From Narcine bancroftii (taxonomy: Eukaryota), in the NCBI RefSeq assembly GCF_036971445.1, contig NC_091476.1, forward strand, positions 159,712,001 to 159,776,000: 64,000 nucleotides of DNA, given 5' to 3'. Both the position numbers and the translations under genes were made by a program. How positions within the stretch are numbered: position 1 is the first letter of the stretch; each line of letters begins with the position of its first letter. Shown piece by piece: positions 61,301 to 64,000 of this stretch. The notes beneath the pieces are model-generated. The model was not told the origin of the DNA. It worked only from the letters and a program-made list of their open reading frames with translations, and did no database searches.

Positions 61301-63920
61301 AATTTGCTAAATTGTAATTAGGACATTTTTTACATAAATACGTTTTGCTTCCTTGCATATTCTGCCTCAGTCCCAATATCTTAATTGCCAAATTGATTTA
61401 TTTGAATTTATTAATTTTGTAAATCTGTATTCTCATCATAAATTGAAGTATTTCAAAAAGTACCATCTATTTCCTAAATGTGCTTTGGTCAGAAATGTTC
61501 TTTTTGAAACTTGAGAAAGCAGACTCAAAGCTATCTCAAATCCATACTTCTGAATAAGACAGATTTCTAATGTGACACAGAGAGTCTTAAATCAGTATTG
61601 ATAACTTTTTTTGAATAAAATGTTTTTTTTTTAAATGTATATTAATACATTCAGATGAGGATGATTCCACCTCACAGACATCCACAACAAAGGACAATAG
61701 CCACAACAGCAGCTTTGAGCTAATTGGTTCAATGATTCCTTCATATCAACCAATTAGCAAGCATCCTGGCAGATTTGGAATTGCTATGCATGGAGGATTC
61801 CGATCACCATCACCTAACCTCTTTAACCCAAACAGTCAGTTTAAAACAAGCTTCATTAGTTCAGCATCTAAGGTAAGCTTAAGATGTTAAATTTAAAATT
61901 TATATGGATTTCAGTTATTGGTGTCTTGGATTGCAGGATTGTGGCATAACCCCAGCATTAGCTATTCCACAGATGAATAAGTAATACAGTACATTTTTTT
62001 TGGAAGGCCAACTAAAATATTGCCAATAAAATTGTTACTTTGGGAAAAACATGTTGCAATTATTCTTTTGTCTTGGCATTGTATCAAACTAAATTTTAAT
62101 GAGCAAGTACAAAAAAAAGAAAAATTAATGTTTTGTCATGGGGTAAAGAATACATGATGAGAGAGAAAATACTGTACAAACCACAAAATAAAAATATTAA
62201 TGCATTTTAATGTCATCAGAGTTCTGGGAAGCTATCCGAACCCTCCATGCCAGTAGAAGATTCACAGGATTTGTACAATGCATCTCCAGAACCCAAAAAC
62301 TCAACTGGTGAATCTCAGTTTAGGTTCTCTCTCGAAGATGACACACAAAGTCAGTTACTTGATGCGGATGGGTAAGTTGATGTATGCTTTAAAATGGCCA
62401 GATTTGTGCAAATAAGATCTTTTACCAAGTTAACAATTTATTTTTGTTTGGGGCTTAGAATTGTGTCCAAGATTATTAAGATGTAGATTTATTGATTAAA
62501 GCCACTTAATCAACAATCTTTAATTTGGAGGATTTTATTACTTACCACTTGCATTGTTTTCTAAAATACTGGAATTGTACAACCTCTGAAATTAATTTTT
62601 TGGACTAGGTTTCTGAATGTGGGTCATCGCAGCAACAAGTGGCAGCCATTAAAGCGCCAGCTAATCTTGGATAGCATGGATGAAAATGCAATGGATGCTA
62701 ACATGGGGGAGTTGTTGGGCCTTTGTACAGGAGATTTCAAATCTCAAAATATCGACCCACTAAAGGAGAGAAAAGAAAATGTCGATGAGCTGCTGGGTCT
62801 CTGCTCTGGGAAATTCATTTCTCCAGGTACACTCTTTCAGTTTAACTTAATTCCAAATGCTTTGAGAAGGGATTGGTGAATGTACTATGGATGTGTTATC
62901 TGCTTGTTGTTGCAGAACTTATTTGGGCAGGTGTGAATTTGAAATAAAAATAATCTAGTGCCATTATTCCTTGAGGGGTAGGAGATTTTGAGGAAGAAGA
63001 TTTTCATCCAGTAGGGGTTTGTAATATTGGGACTGCACTGCCTGAGAGCATCAAGGAGGTAGGATAACAAGTATTTAATGATCAGTTGATGTACTGTGAC
63101 AAGTAAGGGCACGGATCAAGTACTAGCAGATGGGATTAGTATATATAGGTAATTGACAGCAGGTGTAGGCACAGTGGGACAATTGGCCTATTTCCATGCA
63201 ATTTGACTGAATTCATAGAAGGGATATATTCTTGGAAAAAGTTTTGAGGTTAAATGTAAATCAAAATGCTGAGATATGTTTCTTGGAAAAAGTTTTGAGG
63301 TAAAATGTAAATCAAAATGCTGAGATATGTTTCTTGGAAAAAGTTTTGAGGTAAAATGTAAATCAAAATGCTGAGATATGTTTCTTGGAAAAAGTTTTGA
63401 GGTAAAATGTAAATCAAAATGCTGAGATATGTCATGGACATTTTAATATTTACTGCTGTGTGGAGAGGTGATGGATTATTTGTAAAATGAAAAAAATAGC
63501 TTTATAAATTGAAAGTTCAGAAACTCAATAACGTTCCAGCAGAAATGTTTAAAGCGAGGAATTGCATCACTGGAATTTATTTGCAGCAGTGTTTCTTTCT
63601 CCTTGCAGTCGATTCATTGTCATCCATCACTTCTGCTGCAAAGCAGCAAAAAGTAACGACCACAGCAAGTGATGATCCTATGGCTGAAGTTCTTGCACTT
63701 TGCTCAGGCTCTTTTCCAACAGACAGGTAATATTTTCAATTCTGCATAGTGTTGTGTGGATGAGTTTACATTTTACTGTTGCAATATACATTTTGAAATG
63801 TTTTAAGAGTGAAAAGTACTTTTTGTAATCTGTTATCATTTCTATCCTTCCAGGGAAGATGATGAAAATGAAGACGACCAATTTCAGTTGCTAACTGATG
63901 ATGAGGTTTTTGAGAATGAG
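33700..63920 (+). CDS. CLSPN: Claspin, coding exons 1-18 (about 1000 codons, 3' incomplete)
   Basis: Phase-consistent exon chain with claspin motifs: [29 protein letters not shown] box [40 protein letters not shown], and three Chk1-binding repeats ExxxLC(S/T)GxF. Confidence 0.96.
33805..33868. repeat. 21-bp tandem repeat, 3 copies
   Basis: Unit gactttagcggaaactttttc. Confidence 0.9.
34248..34750 (+). mobile_element. CR1 LINE 3' end
   Basis: [33 protein letters not shown] followed by a CR1 3' UTR. Confidence 0.9.
36147..36928 (-). mobile_element. Non-coding retroposon with (TTGAATC)n tail, copy A
   Basis: Reverse-complement homolog of 37768-38556; 5' ATGGCG motif; aataaattgaatcttgaat tail. 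Confidence 0.7.
37033..37144 (+). CDS. CLSPN: CLSPN exon 2
   Basis: ag|[22 protein letters not shown]...FNE G|gt. Phases 0 and 1 fit the neighbouring exons. Confidence 0.8.
37200..37336. mobile_element. Single mini-MITE unit of the 19222-19814 family
   Basis: gttctcagccttttt...gaaagaaaatggttgagaaccattg. Confidence 0.7.
37768..38556 (+). mobile_element. Non-coding retroposon with (TTGAATC)n tail, copy B
   Basis: Ends aataaattgaatcttgaatctt; homologous to copy A. Confidence 0.7.
39880..40790 (-). mobile_element. Rex1/Babar-type LINE 3' remnant
   Basis: [38 protein letters not shown]. Confidence 0.85.
40790..41240 (-). mobile_element. L1 ORF2 C-terminal (zinc knuckle) remnant
   Basis: YLTTQKL...SDTCFRCG...HFW...PQDPMLFLL. 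Confidence 0.75.
41271..43000 (-). mobile_element. hAT (Buster/Charlie) transposon, decayed
   Basis: [23 protein letters not shown] and the dimerisation domain [12 protein letters not shown]...DLRLKLT, with frameshifts. Confidence 0.9.
43490..43620. repeat. 14-bp minisatellite
   Basis: (aatta[a/g]cacagcaa)n. Confidence 0.85.
43836..44284 (+). CDS. CLSPN: CLSPN exon 3
   Basis: ag|[23 protein letters not shown]...KKQ|gt. Confidence 0.92.
44423..44587 (+). CDS. CLSPN: CLSPN exon 4
   Basis: [14 protein letters not shown]...[13 protein letters not shown]. Confidence 0.95.
45548..45622 (+). CDS. CLSPN: CLSPN exon 5
   Basis: tag|[25 protein letters not shown]|gtgag, phase 0/0. Confidence 0.8.
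45713..46120. mobile_element. pogo/Tigger-like MITE
   Basis: tacaggtcaactccg...cggataatcagagttgtatggta termini; internal atccgaa repeats. Confidence 0.55.
46150..46793 (-). mobile_element. Rex1/Babar-type LINE 3' end
   Basis: [19 protein letters not shown]...[13 protein letters not shown]. Confidence 0.85.
46965..47972 (+). mobile_element. Solo-LTR-like element, copy 4 (plus a short 5' fragment at 46792-46880)
   Basis: TGTTATG...CATCACA ends; homologous to copies 1-3. Confidence 0.75.
49080..49164 (+). CDS. CLSPN: CLSPN exon 6
   Basis: [28 protein letters not shown]. Confidence 0.95.
49259..49439 (+). repeat. Local copy of 47484-47654
   Basis: Identical apart from (CT)n length. Confidence 0.9.
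49608..50750 (-). mobile_element. Rex1/Babar-type LINE remnant
   Basis: [54 protein letters not shown]. Confidence 0.88.
51004..51112 (+). CDS. CLSPN: CLSPN exon 7 (PIP box)
   Basis: [30 protein letters not shown]. Confidence 0.95.
51500..52030 (-). mobile_element. Rex1/Babar-type LINE RT fragment
   Basis: [21 protein letters not shown]...[11 protein letters not shown]. Confidence 0.88.
52360..52973 (+). CDS. CLSPN: CLSPN exon 8
   Basis: SAKYQPC...[20 protein letters not shown]. Confidence 0.93.
53783..53974 (+). CDS. CLSPN: CLSPN exon 9 (GC donor)
   Basis: [12 protein letters not shown]...PTKP G|gcaagt. Confidence 0.92.
55132..55338 (-). pseudogene. Captured cytosolic HSP90 coding fragment (charged linker to start of middle domain)
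   Basis: Translates without stops to [69 protein letters not shown]. Collinear with HSP90 KP(K/E)IEDVGSDEE...[42 protein letters not shown]. Confidence 0.88.
55912..57069 (-). CDS. L1 ORF1 protein (coiled coil, RRM, CTD), prematurely terminated
   Basis: [39 protein letters not shown]1-like sequence continues past two TAGs ([17 protein letters not shown]). Confidence 0.88.
   Translation of the reverse strand: MDPEEDVQNSALKLRFKPVRLFEGRIQQLSDQGAGRVPVFHTTATVGAVAEALTVESAGAPPAGELKSCHSTATVVALQNASSITTVFPDIDSVKMIKEIWLKDNPDLQSPGIATLRGIFIRSQTARKDTKLREGTEDPVVSKEQQDPIMPESTSVEMSVKDLEDKIYSVSSHFANFVNLFISKINAMAEVINGAFKLETIERFEMCDQGLVDAQDQLQDENRIIETLQIQNKNLAKKVDYLENQSRRNNVKIVGLPEGIEGPDPRKFFTEWIPRVLGQDKFPEGLILERAYRVLRRKFFSGQNPRSVLIRCLNYCDRETILRTVTRNAQQNRSPLMVQNNPVFFYQDLSQEIMFQRRKFNSVKERLWKKRHKATFRHSTVLKIF
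57487..57656 (+). CDS. CLSPN: CLSPN exon 10
   Basis: [35 protein letters not shown]... Confidence 0.95.
58090..58850 (+). mobile_element. Old CR1 remnant with a nested Tigger-like MITE (about 58360-58507)
   Basis: Decayed CR1 3' motifs, interrupted by an inverted-repeat element (tttacg/cgtaaa). Confidence 0.5.
59044..59122 (+). CDS. CLSPN: CLSPN exon 11 (donor at 59089 or 59122)
   Basis: tag|[10 protein letters not shown]...; two phase-1 donor candidates. Confidence 0.7.
59762..59861 (+). CDS. CLSPN: CLSPN exon 12
   Basis: cag|..QDPVTQK...TDSSSKT|gtaat. Confidence 0.8.
59972..60462 (-). mobile_element. 5'-truncated young L1 (ORF2 C-terminus, 3' UTR, polyA)
   Basis: [15 protein letters not shown]...QWYIEM..PLEK...IWEPY. 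17-bp TSD gcctgtctgtattattt (59955-59971, 60463-60479). Confidence 0.92.
60923..60993 (+). CDS. CLSPN: CLSPN exon 13
   Basis: cag|EQTPGNR...DSKL G|gtaa, phases 2/1. Confidence 0.82.
61655..61872 (+). CDS. CLSPN: CLSPN exon 14
   Basis: DEDDS...[18 protein letters not shown]...GGFRSPSP...SSASK. Confidence 0.95.
62220..62371 (+). CDS. CLSPN: CLSPN exon 15
   Basis: [26 protein letters not shown]...[13 protein letters not shown]. Confidence 0.96.
62609..62826 (+). CDS. CLSPN: CLSPN exon 16 (Chk1-binding repeats 1-2)
   Basis: [21 protein letters not shown]...[10 protein letters not shown]. Confidence 0.96.
63225..63431. repeat. 51-bp tandem repeat, about 4 copies
   Basis: Unit atatgtttcttggaaaaagttttgaggtaaaatgtaaatcaaaatgctgag. 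Confidence 0.92.
63609..63726 (+). CDS. CLSPN: CLSPN exon 17 (Chk1-binding repeat 3)
   Basis: [17 protein letters not shown]. Confidence 0.95.
63854..63920 (+). CDS. CLSPN: CLSPN exon 18
   Basis: cag|[22 protein letters not shown]|gtgag. Confidence 0.88.
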
Positions 63921-64000
63921 GTGAGAGAATGTATGAAACTAGAAGCAATAATGTTGGATAGAAATATTTAATGTGTCGAGTTCAAATGCTTTTGAAATGT

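Noticed and set aside
63225-63431. Regular repeats here and at 33805 and 43490 as a CRISPR-like array
   Set aside because: Units are head-to-tail with no unique spacers, and the context is eukaryotic.

Overview
This is vertebrate genomic DNA, not prokaryotic. The repeat content (CR1, Rex/Babar, RTE, Penelope-like, L1, hAT, Tigger) suggests a cartilaginous fish, probably a ray; that is an inference. Three spliced genes are present. (1) The 5' end of KIAA0319L on the minus strand, with a non-coding exon 1 in a CpG island at ~11.2-11.8 kb and the first coding exon at 3018-3189. (2) A complete neurochondrin gene, NCDN (+; 6 coding exons, 726 aa), head-to-head with KIAA0319L. (3) The first 18 coding exons of claspin, CLSPN (+), which runs off the window end. 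Most ORFs in the supplied track are spurious or repeat-derived. The most striking object lies antisense in CLSPN intron 9: a complete, TSD-flanked 2.76-kb L1-type element that encodes only ORF1 (HAL1-like). Where ORF2 would be, it carries a stop-free 69-codon piece of cytosolic HSP90 coding sequence whose divergence is dominated by sense-strand C-to-T changes. Other points of note are a degenerate beta-TrCP degron in claspin, a GC-AG intron, a young hAT element abutting the CLSPN promoter, a locally templated insertion, and several intronic inverted-repeat structures.
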